DNA of 64,000 bases from Octopus sinensis (lineage: Eukaryota): positions 51,584,001 through 51,648,000 of the forward strand of contig NC_043007.1 in NCBI RefSeq assembly GCF_006345805.1, read 5' to 3'. The position numbers and the translations under genes were made by a program. Shown here piece after piece: positions 43,441-54,854 of the stretch. The notes below the pieces were generated by a model that saw only the letters and a program-made list of their open reading frames with translations, did not search any database and was not told the origin of the DNA. How positions within the stretch are numbered: the stretch's first letter is position 1; the number at the start of each line of letters is the position of its first letter.

Positions 43441-43822
43441 TAGGCGCAGGAGTGGCTGTGTGGTAAGTATCTTGCTTACCAACCAAGTGGTTCCGGGTTC
43501 AGCCCTTGGGCAAGTGTCTTCTACTATAGTTCGGGCCGACCAAAGCCTTGTGAGTGGAGTAGGTAGACGGAAACTGAAAGAAGCCTGTCGTATATATATG
43601 TGTGTGTGTGTGTGTGTGTTTGTGTGTCTGTGTTTGTCCTCCCAACATCGCTTGACAACCGATTCTGTTGTGTTTACGTCCCCGTAATTTAGCGGTTCGG
43701 CAAAAGAGACCGATAGAATAAGTACTAGGCTTCCAAAGACTAAGTCCCGGGGTCGATTTGCTCGACTAAAGGTGGTGCTCCAGCATGGCCGCCGTCAAAA
43801 TGACTGAAACAAGTAAAAGAGT
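43441..43822 (+). mobile_element. SINE family S2, near-complete
   Basis: tRNA-like head ggcgcaggagtggctgtgtggtaag...ggttccgggttcag, internal (TG)n, and 3' tail ...aaatgactgaaacaagtaaaag. Confidence 0.9.
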
Positions 43823-44025
43823 ATACAAAAAAAGAAACGAACATACAATACACCCCAAAAGTATTAAATATAAGCGTTACGGATTATGCTTGTATGTATG
43901 AAGAATGTATATATATATATTATATATATATTATATATCTATATAATTATATATAAGATAATATATATATAACACATAATATATATATATATATTATATA
44001 TATATATATATATATACACATATAT

Positions 44026-44066
<41 letters not shown>

Positions 44067-44087
44067 TATATACATACATATATGTGG

Positions 44088-44370
44088 GGGCGCAATGGCC
44101 CAGTGGTTAGGGCAGCGGACTCGCGGTTGTAGGATCGCGGTTTCAATTCCCAGACTGGGCGTTGTGAGTGTTTCTTGAGCGAAAACTCCTAAAAGCTCCA
44201 CGAGGCTCCGGCCGGGGGTGGTGATCCCTGCTGTAATCTTTCACCACTCTTTCTCTCACTCTTTCGTCTGTTGGCCTGCTCGCTTAGCCAACGGGGTGGC
44301 GTCATTTGAAGGCTAAAGCAATGCGAACGCATTGTGACCAGCGATGGTCTGGTCGGTCACGTGATATACA
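44088..44370 (+). mobile_element. SINE family S3
   Basis: ggcgcaatggcccagtggttagggcagcggactcgcgg...ggtttcaattcccagactgggcg, ending ggtcacgtgata. Confidence 0.9.
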
Positions 44371-45273
44371 TATACATAAATATATAAACATATATATGTA
44401 TGTATGTATGTATGTACATTCACACATACAGACACAGACAACACGGAGAGAAATGCAGAGGGAGCACAGGTTGACGTAGGAGTCAATGAGGTGACAAGAA
44501 TGAATGTCAGAGAAGGTCAAAGGTAACTGTGTACTTACGAAAAATTTCCCTCTCCATTAACCTAACAAAACAACATTTCACCCACACATCATTGTTTTCC
44601 CGTCCACTGACAGTTTGTCTTCTTAACACTCTCCAATTAGCATTAATTCATATATATTACGAACATACATACGGCATATGAGGTTTGCTAGTGTATGTAC
44701 ACACACGCACACACACACACACACCACCACATATATATATATAATATATATATACTATATATATATTATATAATATATAATATATATAACATGTATCCTC
44801 TGTTTCGCCTAAAGTTGCTGAAGAAGAGATCACGGATGTGTGACGAAGATTTCCAGTGGCATAAGATAAAATATGAACAATAATAATCGAGTGAAGAACG
44901 AATATACAGTGCGTGTGCTTATTTGGGATAATAAAAATTACCGTCCCGAAATATAACAATAGCTGTTTCAACACACGGTTTCATATCAGGTATTATCCAA
45001 AACAAATTTATAAACGTATGGAAGACGAACTCTTTTTCAAACAGCGAAAGAAAGAAATAGAGAAAGAAGACAGGCAGCATAAAGGTCATTCCCTTCATTA
45101 GTTGTCCCCTGATTTATCTACTCCGCGTTTCGAAGGTAGGGACAAGATGCGACTTCGCTAAAACAGTCCTTCTTGCAAAACAAGTTTTAAAAATTTTGGA
45201 TTTTTTGCGGAGGGTTAAAGTAAGAAAAACTGTCCTGTTTTTGTTACCACGTTAACCCTCCGTGTGTGTGAGC

Positions 45274-45319
<46 letters not shown>

Positions 45320-46638
45320 ATTCATGCAATGCTGGGATTCCATCCACTCCTCCAGTTTTCCGCTTTTCAGTTGCCTTGTCTTGTTGGGGTAGGAATGGGG
45401 TCGGGGTGGCATTTCATCCACCTGTGACTTCAAAAGCTGCCGTCTCATGGACTGAGTGATCGTCTTTAAAGTGTGTTTGAAAACTCTCAGACCATCTTCA
45501 GCTGATTATTATTCCACACTCCTTTGGGCAATAATAATCTGAAGAATGGGACCAAGGTCATTGAATACAAAGCCGTCATTTTCATCACGATCTTGTTCGT
45601 GTGTAATCTTATAACACCGCGTAAAACTCCTTGGACGATGCCAGAACTGCTGACTTCACCTCAACTTCAGTATCCACTGGAGTGATTCTGTTACTAACGT
45701 TGAGTTCCTGAAGAAGGTGAAGATCACTAGCACTGAACTAAATCTAATGAAGACAGCTAAGTTGGACAGGACAAGTAATCAAAATGGAAGATCATCGACT
45801 TCACATAACAACGCTTTAAGGCGAACATTCCTTTGCAAACCAACAAAAGGTAAGCAAGGCAGTGAAAATGTCCCTTTCTGAATCACGAGCTAAAGAAAAC
45901 TACTCTAGTGGTTATTCGTTGTATATCTCGTTTAAATTCCCTGGGTATCATGGAGCGTAATGAGAAACAACATGCAGATCACAGCCTTTGAAAGTGAGAG
46001 TTTTCTCAATATACAGGTGGTTGTTGGGGGTAAAGATGACGTGGATTTAAATTTTTTACCGTCATGGGTTCAAAATTTTTGAAACCTGATGTGTTGCCGT
46101 GTTCTTGGGGAAATATTGCCGCCTTAGCGATAGAAGTTTCTTTTCTTTTTCCGTTTTGACTCCTTAGTTTGAACGGGTGATTGTATCGGATGAGTATATA
46201 CCCTTTATAGCAGGGTAAGATATACCCTTTGTACATTAACTTCCCAAAAAAGATCATAATGCAAATGTTATGTTGTAACAGGCAACCGTTTTGTCTCGGA
46301 TATTTCTACCTTGGGATAAAATGAATATCTTATTGATTTTTACGTACAGTATTTTAACTGAGATGGGAACATGCCTCACTGTAGATAAATACGCTATTTT
46401 CATTAAGCGTTCCTCAGGTTTACGATATGCTTGGTTTGAGCTAAAATTATGTCCACCTAGTTGACTGTGATAAATTAGCAGGTGACAATTATGTATAATC
46501 ACAAATCCTTATTCACACATACATATTCTCACTCTCTCACTCCCTTTCTTCCTCTCCCTCTCCCTTCCCTCTCTTTCTCTCCCTCTCTCTCCTTCCGTTC
46601 TCTCACCCTCCTCTCTCCCGTATATATATATATGTATG

Positions 46639-46672
<34 letters not shown>

Positions 46673-46850
46673 TGTATGGATGGATGGATGGATGGATGGA
46701 TGGATGGTGGATGGATGGATGTACGTACGTATGTATGTTTATCTGCTCGTATGTATGGTATATATTATTTATATTATATTTTGATTGAACGTCATGTATC
46801 CATTTCCAAGTATGTGTATATATATATATATATAACGGTGAAAACGTAAC

Positions 46851-47080
46851 TATATAACATAAATTTTAATTTTCTGAGAGATTTTACATGTTTCGGTTCT
46901 TCTTGGAAAAACGAACCCTATTACAAATACATATTTTTAAAAGTTAAGTGTAATAAAAGAGAAGTTCATAATTATTTCTTACTAGTTTCAACAGAGTCGA
47001 CGTGGTAGAGTAGTGAAATTGATCGTTAGCTGTAATAGCAGTAGTAGTAGAGACCGTTGGTCGTCGTCGTCGTCGTCGTC

Positions 47081-47146
<66 letters not shown>

Positions 47147-47219
47147 TAGTAGTAGTAGTAGTAGTAGTAGTGACCGTGGTGGTAGTGGTGGTTGGAGTTG
47201 TAGCAGCAGTTTTTGGGCT

Positions 47220-47252
<33 letters not shown>

Positions 47253-47313
47253 ACCGTGGTGGTAGTGGTGGTTGGAGTTGTAGCAGCAGTTTTTGGGCTG
47301 TAGTAGTAGTAGT

Positions 47314-47352
<39 letters not shown>

Positions 47353-47357
47353 CAGCA

Positions 47358-47396
<39 letters not shown>

Positions 47397-47400
47397 TAGT

Positions 47401-47431
<31 letters not shown>

Positions 47432-48918
47432 AAGTGACCGTTTGCTGTAATAGCAGCAGTAGCAGAGACCGTTGTTTGCAGTAGTAGTAGTGATCGTGGT
47501 GGAATGGTGGTTGGAATTGTAGAATTCTTTTTTTCTTTTTGGATAACCAATATATGGTTTTAATGTTCCTGACCCAGGGTGTTTAAACTTGGTCCGAATT
47601 TTCTAATGAAATGAAGTTCTTTGTTATGACGTTGAGTAAAGGTGGCGTTGTTATTGAATTGGTAAAGTGGGAAAGTTGTAAATTTTGGGTTTTTATTCGA
47701 TGCACATCTGTCTATGTGGCCACTGACAGGTATTTTTCTGTATTCAAGATTCCTAATTTGGGATTTATGTACTGCCATCCTTTTTCGTAGATCGCTTTTT
47801 ATATGGCCAATATATTACCTATTGCACCCTGCGCATGTTATCCTGTAAATTAAGTTTTCCGATACACAGGTGAAGTTTGTTCTGATGGTAAAATGACGAC
47901 CTTGTTCTAATGTGTATTCCGAACCTTCTAATAAGATGACACAGATGCCGCAGTTGGGCTTTCCACACTTTTCAACTGTTGATTTTGTAGTTGTTATTGG
48001 GTGCAGTTTAGCCTGGGTTAAAATCTTCTTTAAGGATTTTGGTTGCCGTTTACTTTTTTCGTTGGTGTACGTTTGGAGAATTCGGTCTCCCTTGGGTAGG
48101 GCTGTGCTTTGGAATATGGAGTTGAAGGCCTCATTGTTAAGTGGGTTGTGTGTAGAGATGTAGGGAAGGGTTTTTAATTTTTCTTCTTTTTTTTTTTTGG
48201 TTTTGGTTGTCTCAGGTCTTCTGTATTTAATTTAACTGCTCGTTGGATTGTATTGTCTATTTGGGGTTGTGGATAATTCCTATTTATGAGAGTAGTTCTG
48301 AGTTCCTGGAGACGTGTGTGTCGGGTGTTTGTGTCTGATATTATGGTGCAAATCCTTTTGGTTCAACAGAAAGGGATATTCATTCTTGTGTGTCTTGGGT
48401 GGCATGAGTCAAATAGTAAGTACTGCTTTGAGTCTGTCGGTTTATAATAGATATCCGTCTCTATTTTGTTGCCGACTTTCTTAAATGAGGATATCTAGAA
48501 ATGGTAGTTTTTCCTGGTTATGTTCTATCGTGAATTGGATGTTTTCATTAATTCCATTTGTAGTGTTTTAAATTCCTCAAGTTTTTCTATACTTTCATCC
48601 CAGAGGCTGACGCAGTCGTCGAGATATTTTTTCCAGTTGTTCTGGATATAGGTGGAGAAAGAGTTTCCATATTTCTCAAGTGTTTTCTGGTAAAGTATTA
48701 TTTCGAGGTAGCCCATTACTAGGTTGGCAAGAGAAGGCGCAGTACGTGTACCCATGACTGTTCCTGATCTTTGTCTGTAGTAGTCATTATTAAATATAAA
48801 GTAATTGTTTTCTAAGATAAATCTCAATCCTTCTATTATGAGTTCTTCATTTATGCGAGTTGGAAATTCAAAGGAGTAGTTGTTTAGCCAGAAAGTGATC
48901 GCTTCTATTCCTAGAGAC
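46851..48918 (-). mobile_element. Penelope-like element PLE3 (RT + GIY-YIG remnants, triplet-rich 3' UTR, HHR-remnant terminus)
   Basis: ORF 48525-48827 has FILENNYFIFN..YRQRSGTVMGTRTAPSLANL..KYLDD. GIY-YIG region NLIYRITCAGC..YIG and ORF 47560-47778 (VHKSQIR...ELHFIRKF..SLN). TA-rich flanks on both ends. Confidence 0.9.
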
Positions 48919-48974
48919 TATATATTATTCACATAGAAGTACAATAAGAAGCTTCCAAATGGCAGTAGAAAACT

Positions 48975-49549
48975 CAAAACCTTGATCACCTTGACCGATC
49001 ATTCTATCGGGCGTCCATTTGACACCGCTGGTCACAGCACGCTGTCCACTCCTCTCTGGATTCCGCCTTCCTCATCCACGTGATCCCAATCGCCCTCCTA
49101 AAATCGTAACTCTACTGTTGTGAAGGCCTTCCGATTGGTCACTTCCGCTCGCGCGGGTACCACTCGACAACTGCGCAGGTCCACCGATTATCGGTGAACT
49201 GGGTGACGTGCCCAGTCCATCTAAACTTGCTGCGTGTATATTCTACGATGACATTCCTCACGCCGGACTTCTCTCTGATGACCTCGCTACTGATGTGCTC
49301 TCTCAACGAGATTCCAAGCATTGACCTCTCCATGGCTCTTTGAATTGTTAACAATCTCTGCTCTTCTCTCTTTGTTGTAGCCCATGTTTCACTACCATAC
49401 AACATTGCAGGTAGAACTGTGCTATTGATGAGGTTAGTGCGGGTGATCCTGTCCAACCTTCCCTTGAGCACATCCCTTCTTCTGGTTGTCGGCAGTGATG
49501 AAATAGAGGAGATAAAGGAATATGTCTACCTGGGACAGGAAGGGAATAT
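48975..49549 (-). mobile_element. 5'-truncated RTE LINE 3' end with a short 5' inversion
   Basis: ORF 49139-49471 has VLPAMLYGSETW...QRAMERSMLG...RWTGHV..DNRWT. The upstream EIEEIKEYVYLGQE segment lies inverted on the + strand (49487-49549). Confidence 0.85.
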
Positions 49550-50096
49550 GTGTCTCACAGAGGCACACAGCTACTTGGATCGGGTCATGCGAGAATCGAA
49601 GACAGAGTGCATCATCATTAATATAAACGCGGACGAAGCAATAGGCGTCCTGGCAAATGGGAAGCACCTATCCAGGATTGATAAAATTAAATTACTCTCA
49701 CAACTCAGACAGTGACATCATAGACAAAGAGAGCGACATGTGGAGCAACTTTAACTTCAACACCTCTGGTCGTTTGACATCAACCAAACAAGGGACATAA
49801 AAATGTACAAAATGCAGCTCGAAACTGAGCCAGTCTCGCGATCCTGCAAGCTGATAGAGAGTAGTAGGTGTTCGCTTCGCCTGCTAACGATGTATTGTAT
49901 ATAAAGGGTGCAGAGTGTTACACCGATAGCCAGCTGGCGGAGAATGTGCATGGGGTTAAACTAGTAGTAACGTTCATCAGCCATTTTGATGTAGCGATTG
50001 GCTTTACTGTTTATATATGTATGTGTGTGTGTGTGTGTGCGTGCGTGAGTGTGTGTATATGCATATATATGTACTATACACACACACACACACACA

Positions 50097-50134
<38 letters not shown>

Positions 50135-50136
<2 letters not shown>

Positions 50137-50345
50137 TTTATTCTTTTACTTATTTCAGTCATTTGACTGCGGCCATGCTGGAGCACTGCCTTTAGTCGAG
50201 CAAATTGACCCCCGGGACTTATTCTTTGTAAGCCTAGTACTTATTCTATCATTCTTTTATCTTTTGCCGAACCGCTAAGTTACGGGGACGTCAACACACC
50301 ATTATTGGCTGTCAAGCGATGTTGGGGACAAACACAGACACACCA
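50135..50345 (-). mobile_element. SINE family S2, 3' half
   Basis: Reverse complement of 43620-43820. Confidence 0.85.
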
Positions 50346-50406
50346 ACACACACACATACACACACACACACACAAACAAACACACATATATATATACACA
50401 CACGCA

Positions 50407-50488
<82 letters not shown>

Positions 50489-51418
50489 TATACATAAATA
50501 CACACACATGCAACATACACATACGTACATGTAACGCAGAACACGCACACCTCAAAAACGCACGCGTGCGCGTGCACATACGCTCTCCCGCGTGCTCTCT
50601 CTCTCTCACACACACATTCAATGTGTGTGCGTGTGTATGTGAGTGTGTCTGTGTGTATGCATGTGTGTGCCTGTGTGTGGTTGCCCTAGATAGATGACAC
50701 TTGTCAGAAAGATACATAAATGTAATTTGTAGAACTTTATACACACTGGATTTCGGTCGAGCGTTCTGTATCTAGTTCTAGAAATTGTGTTTTGTAAACG
50801 ACGAGGCTATGCTGATGATATTGCAGATGTTTGCGTATCCATATACGTATATATTAACAAGTGAAACGAATTAGTACAAAGGTAATCGTTTTATAATTCG
50901 TATATTTTCATTTGTCTTGCTTATTTTTGCACTTTGGTTTTTTGCTGAAGTTTTTCTTGAGAACACATTCTTCGTGGAAAATGGCGATTTTGACGTCTAT
51001 ATCTAGCATACTGGCTGTCTACTTTCAGTAGTCAGTCCTCTAAATTTTATATGCAAAAAAATTTTTAATGTTCGGATTTTTAAGAATATGCTAGGCCATT
51101 GGTTTTAATGGATTAATATCAATTTCTACCCTTATTTAATTATATATATATATATATAAGTTTAACAATTAAGGATAATCTCTTAATAAGGGATCTTAAC
51201 AAGAAGTTATCGGGTAGCTAGCGTGAAAACCTCATAAAAGAAAAGAATTCGAAAATAATTTTTTTCTTTTGAACAAATTAATTATATCTATATTGTATAG
51301 AGGGCATTATTACACATAAATGCCTCACACTAGGAGGGACAAAGTCATTACTACCAAAATTATACTAATCATACCCAAATGCAGTTTTTCAAAGCAAGAC
51401 ATTTAAAAAAATGAATTT

Positions 51419-51477
51419 AGTTCTGTATCACCGTGATTTCACATTCAACTTTACGTCTAATGATCGTCAGCAGAACT
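51419..51477 (-). ncRNA. Type I hammerhead ribozyme A1
   Basis: 5'-AGUUCUG CUGACGA UCAUUAGAC-GUAAA-GUUGAAUGU GAAA UCAC-G-GUGA UA^CAGAACU-3'. 7-bp stem I, intact core, AUA triplet. Confidence 0.85.
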
Positions 51478-51899
51478 GATTCTGAATACATCATAAATAA
51501 ACTACCAACCTTACGTAGCGAAGACAAACAGACAACTGCTCACTCCGGCCAAGCACATGGAATGTTTATAATCATATATCCGGTAAATGGCGGGCTTTTT
51601 TACGAACTGCATGTCGGGTAATGAAAAGTATTTCGGAATAAGTTTAACAATTAAGGATAATCTCTTAATAAGGGATCTTAACAAGAAGTTATCGGTTAGC
51701 TAGCGTGAAAACCTCATAAAAGAAAAGAATTCGAAAATAATTTTTTTTTTTTGAACAAATTAATTATATCTATATTGTATAGAGGGCATTATTACACATA
51801 AATGCCTCACACTAGGAGGACAAAGTCATTACTACCAAAATTATACTAATCATACCCAAATGCAGTTTTTCAAAGCAAGACATTTAAAAAAATGAATTT

Positions 51900-51958
51900 A
51901 GTTCTGTATCACCGTGATTTCACATTCAACTTTACGTCTAATGATCGTCAGCAGAACT
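51900..51958 (-). ncRNA. Type I hammerhead ribozyme A2
   Basis: Identical to A1. Confidence 0.85.
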
Positions 51959-52382
51959 GATTCTGAATACATCATAAATAAACTACCAACCTTACGTAGC
52001 GAAGACAAACAGACAACTGCTCACTCCGGCCAAGCACATGGAATGTTTATAAATCATATATCCGGTAAATGGCGGGCTTTTTTACGAACTGCATGTCGGG
52101 TAATGAAAAGTATTTCGGAATAAGTTTAACAATTAAGGATAATCTCTTAATAAGGGATCTTAACAAGAAGTTATCGGGTAGCTAGCGTGAAAACCTCATA
52201 AAAGAAAAGAATTCGAAAATAATTTTTTTCTTTTGAACAAATTAATTATATCTATATTGTATAGAGGGCATTATTACACATAAATGCCTCACACTAGGAG
52301 GGACAAAGTCATTACTACCAAAATTATACTAATCATACCCAAATGCAGTTTTTCAAAGCAAGACATTTAAAAAAATGAATTT

Positions 52383-52441
52383 AGTTCTGTATCACCGTGA
52401 TTTCACATTCAACTTTACGTCTAATGATCGTCAGCAGAACT
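52383..52441 (-). ncRNA. Type I hammerhead ribozyme A3
   Basis: Identical to A1. Confidence 0.85.
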
Positions 52442-53267
52442 GATTCTGAATACATCATAAATAAACTACCAACCTTACGTAGCGAAGACAAACAGACAAC
52501 TGCTCACTCCGGCCAAGCACATGGAATGTTTATAAATCATATATCCGGTAAATGGCGGGCTTTTTTACGAACTGCATGTCGGGTAATGAAAAGTATTTCG
52601 GAATAAGTTTAACAATTAAGGATAATCTCTAATAAGGGATCTTAACAAGAAGTTATCGGGTAGCTAGCGTGAAAACCTCATAAAAGAAAAGAATTCGAAA
52701 ATAATTTTTTTTTTTGAACAAATTAAATATCTATTTGTATAGAGGGCATTATTACACATAAATGCCTCACACTAGGAGGGACAAAGTCATTACTACCAAA
52801 ATTATACTAATCATACCCAAATGCAGTTTTTCAAAGCAAGACATTTAAAAAAATGAATTTAGTTCTGCTTTGAAAAACTGCATTTGGGTATGATTAGTAT
52901 AATTTTGGTAGTAATGACTTTGTCCCTCCTAGTGTGAGGCATTTATGTGTAATAATGCCCTCTATACAATATAGATATAATTAATTTGTTCAAAAGAAAA
53001 AAATTATTTTCGAATTCTTTTCTTTTATGAGGTTTTCACGCTAGCTACCCGATAACTTCTTGTTAAGATCCCTTATTAAGAGATTATCCTAATAATTGTT
53101 AAACTTATTCCGAATACTTTTCATTACCCGACATGCAGTTCGTAAAAAAGCCCGCATTTACCGGATATATGATTTATAAACATTCCATGTGCTTGGCCGG
53201 AGTGAGCAGTTGTCTGTTGTCTTCGCTAAGGTTAAGGTGGTAGTTTATTTATGATGTATTCAGAATC

Positions 53268-53328
53268 AGTTCTGCTGACGATCATTAGACGTAAAGTGAA
53301 TGTGATGAAATCACGGTGATACAGAACT
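53268..53328 (+). ncRNA. Hammerhead A4 (variant copy in the inverted arm)
   Basis: Same stems I and III and the same core. Stem II has a 1-nt deletion and a 3-nt insertion. Confidence 0.65.
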
Positions 53329-53446
53329 AAATCATTTTTTTAAATGTCTTGCTTTGAAAAACTGCATTTGGGTATGATTAGTATAATGGTAGTAATGACT
53401 TTGTCCCTCCTAGTGTGAGGCATTTATGTGTAATAATGCCCTCTAT

Positions 53447-53481
<35 letters not shown>

Positions 53482-53621
53482 ACAATCAAGGAACGGCCAT
53501 GATAGGCCATTCACCCACTAGAAATAACAGCCAAAGCTTCAACCGCAAATAATTTTAGGTCAGATATTACCTTGGCAGGGTCGGAAATGCCTCGTGAAAA
53601 TATCTGTTCCGACTTGGCTAT

Positions 53622-53724
53622 TTCTTGCTGAAGAATCTGAGGGCCTATGGAAGATTGGCTTGATTTAATTTAATCAGGTTAGTTTACCATTAAACAGCAG
53701 ATGAAACGGTGCATCGTACAAGAA
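53622..53724 (+). ncRNA. Type I hammerhead ribozyme B1 with a 58-nt loop-2 insertion
   Basis: UUCUUG CUGAAGA AUCUG-(58 nt)-CAGAU GAAA CGGUGCAUCG UA^CAAGAA. Confidence 0.85.
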
Positions 53725-54106
53725 TTACAGGGTAAATGTTTTTTAAATTTTCTCCTGTTTACGGAATTAATTATTTGCGGTTGAAGCTTTGGCTGTTATT
53801 TCTAGTGGGTGAATGGCCTATCATGGCCGTTCCTTGATTGTTGATGTTGAAGTTAAAAATGGTCTATGACTATTTAATTTTTTCCCACTAGGCCGCTGGT
53901 GGCAAAAGGAATTCTACAAAATTTTTTTTGCCACCCTATATTGATTAATTATGAATTTTCTGGTTAATTCCGTAATGGAATCGACGGCTTATATTTATTT
54001 GCTGCCGATAAATTTGGCGCGAGTGCGACGATTTGAAAATTTTAGGTCAGATATTACCTTGGCAGGGTCGGAAATGCCTCGTGAAAATATCTGTTCCGAC
54101 TTGGCT

Positions 54107-54213
54107 ATTTCTTGCTGAAGAATCTGAGGGCCTATGGAAGATTGGCTTGATTTAATTTAATCAGGTTAGTTTACCATTAAACAGCAGATGAAACGGTGCA
54201 TCGTACAAGAAAT
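54107..54213 (+). ncRNA. Type I hammerhead ribozyme B2
   Basis: Same as B1 but with an 8-bp stem I (AUUUCUUG/CAAGAAAU). Confidence 0.87.
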
Positions 54214-54432
54214 TACAGGGTAAATGTTTTTTTAAATTTTCTCTGTTTACGGAATTAATTTTATTGCGGTTGAAGCTTTGGCTGTATTTCTAGTGGGTGA
54301 ATGGCCTATCATGGCCGTTCCTTGATTGTTGATGTTGAACTTTAAAAAGGTCTATGACTATTTAATTTTTTCCCACTAGGCCGCTGGTGGCAAAAGGAAT
54401 TCTACAAAATTTCTTTTGCCACCCTATATTGA

Positions 54433-54465
<33 letters not shown>

Positions 54466-54854
54466 ACTGTAAATGTAATATGTGACATTTATTCGGTAGC
54501 CAAGATAAAACTCTGAGTTCCGGATGCCGAGGTGGAAATCCACGCCACCATCTCTTCAGTTATCCGGCCATCGGAAAACCGCTATTGAAAATGACCATTA
54601 TACATATATTAGCGGTCATTCGAATATCTCTTTTGTCTAAATAGCGATCAATAACACAGTAATTTCCCTTTGTATAACGGTCATTTTTCATAGCGTTTTT
54701 CCGATGGCCGGATAACTGAAGAGATGGTGGCGTGGATTTCTACGTCGGCATCCGAAACTCAGAGTTTTATCTTGGCTACCGAATAATTGTAACATATTAC
54801 ATTTACAGATAAATTCGAGATCTCTTTCTTTCTTTTGTTTTCTTACCGTTTTTA

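Larger units (their letters stand above)
51156..53454 (-). mobile_element. Element A: 3.5 tandem copies of a 482-483-bp HHR-bearing monomer plus a ~585-bp inverted arm (retrozyme-like)
   Basis: Units start at ~51156, 51638, 52120 and 52603 and are near-identical. The tandem run ends at 52867 and the inverted copy spans 52867-53454. (TA)n flanks on both sides. Confidence 0.85.
53478..54440 (+). mobile_element. Element B: ~1.8 tandem copies of a ~487-bp HHR-bearing monomer with a 76-bp 5' inverted segment
   Basis: The repeat starts at ~53550 and ~54038. 53478-53553 is the reverse complement of ~53768-53845. (TA)n flanks. Confidence 0.85.

Noticed and set aside
44940-45000. Minus-strand CUGAUAUGA-AAC..GUU-GAAAC-AGCU motif
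   Set aside because: The core has two extra bases and stem I does not pair; there is no second copy in the window to support it.
45530-45585. CUGAAGA...GAAU...GUC arrangement resembling a hammerhead
   Set aside because: GAAA is missing, stem II has a 2-nt loop with mispairs and stem I is only 3 bp; compatible with chance.
51433-52606. Three repeated 62-69-aa ORFs (MISHSTLRL...) in array A
   Set aside because: They start at GTG, lie antisense to the hammerhead, are frameshifted in copy 1 and show no protein motif.
51156-52867. CRISPR-like or rDNA-spacer interpretation of the tandem arrays
   Set aside because: The units are fully repeated with no unique spacers, there are no cas or rRNA sequences, and the context is eukaryotic.
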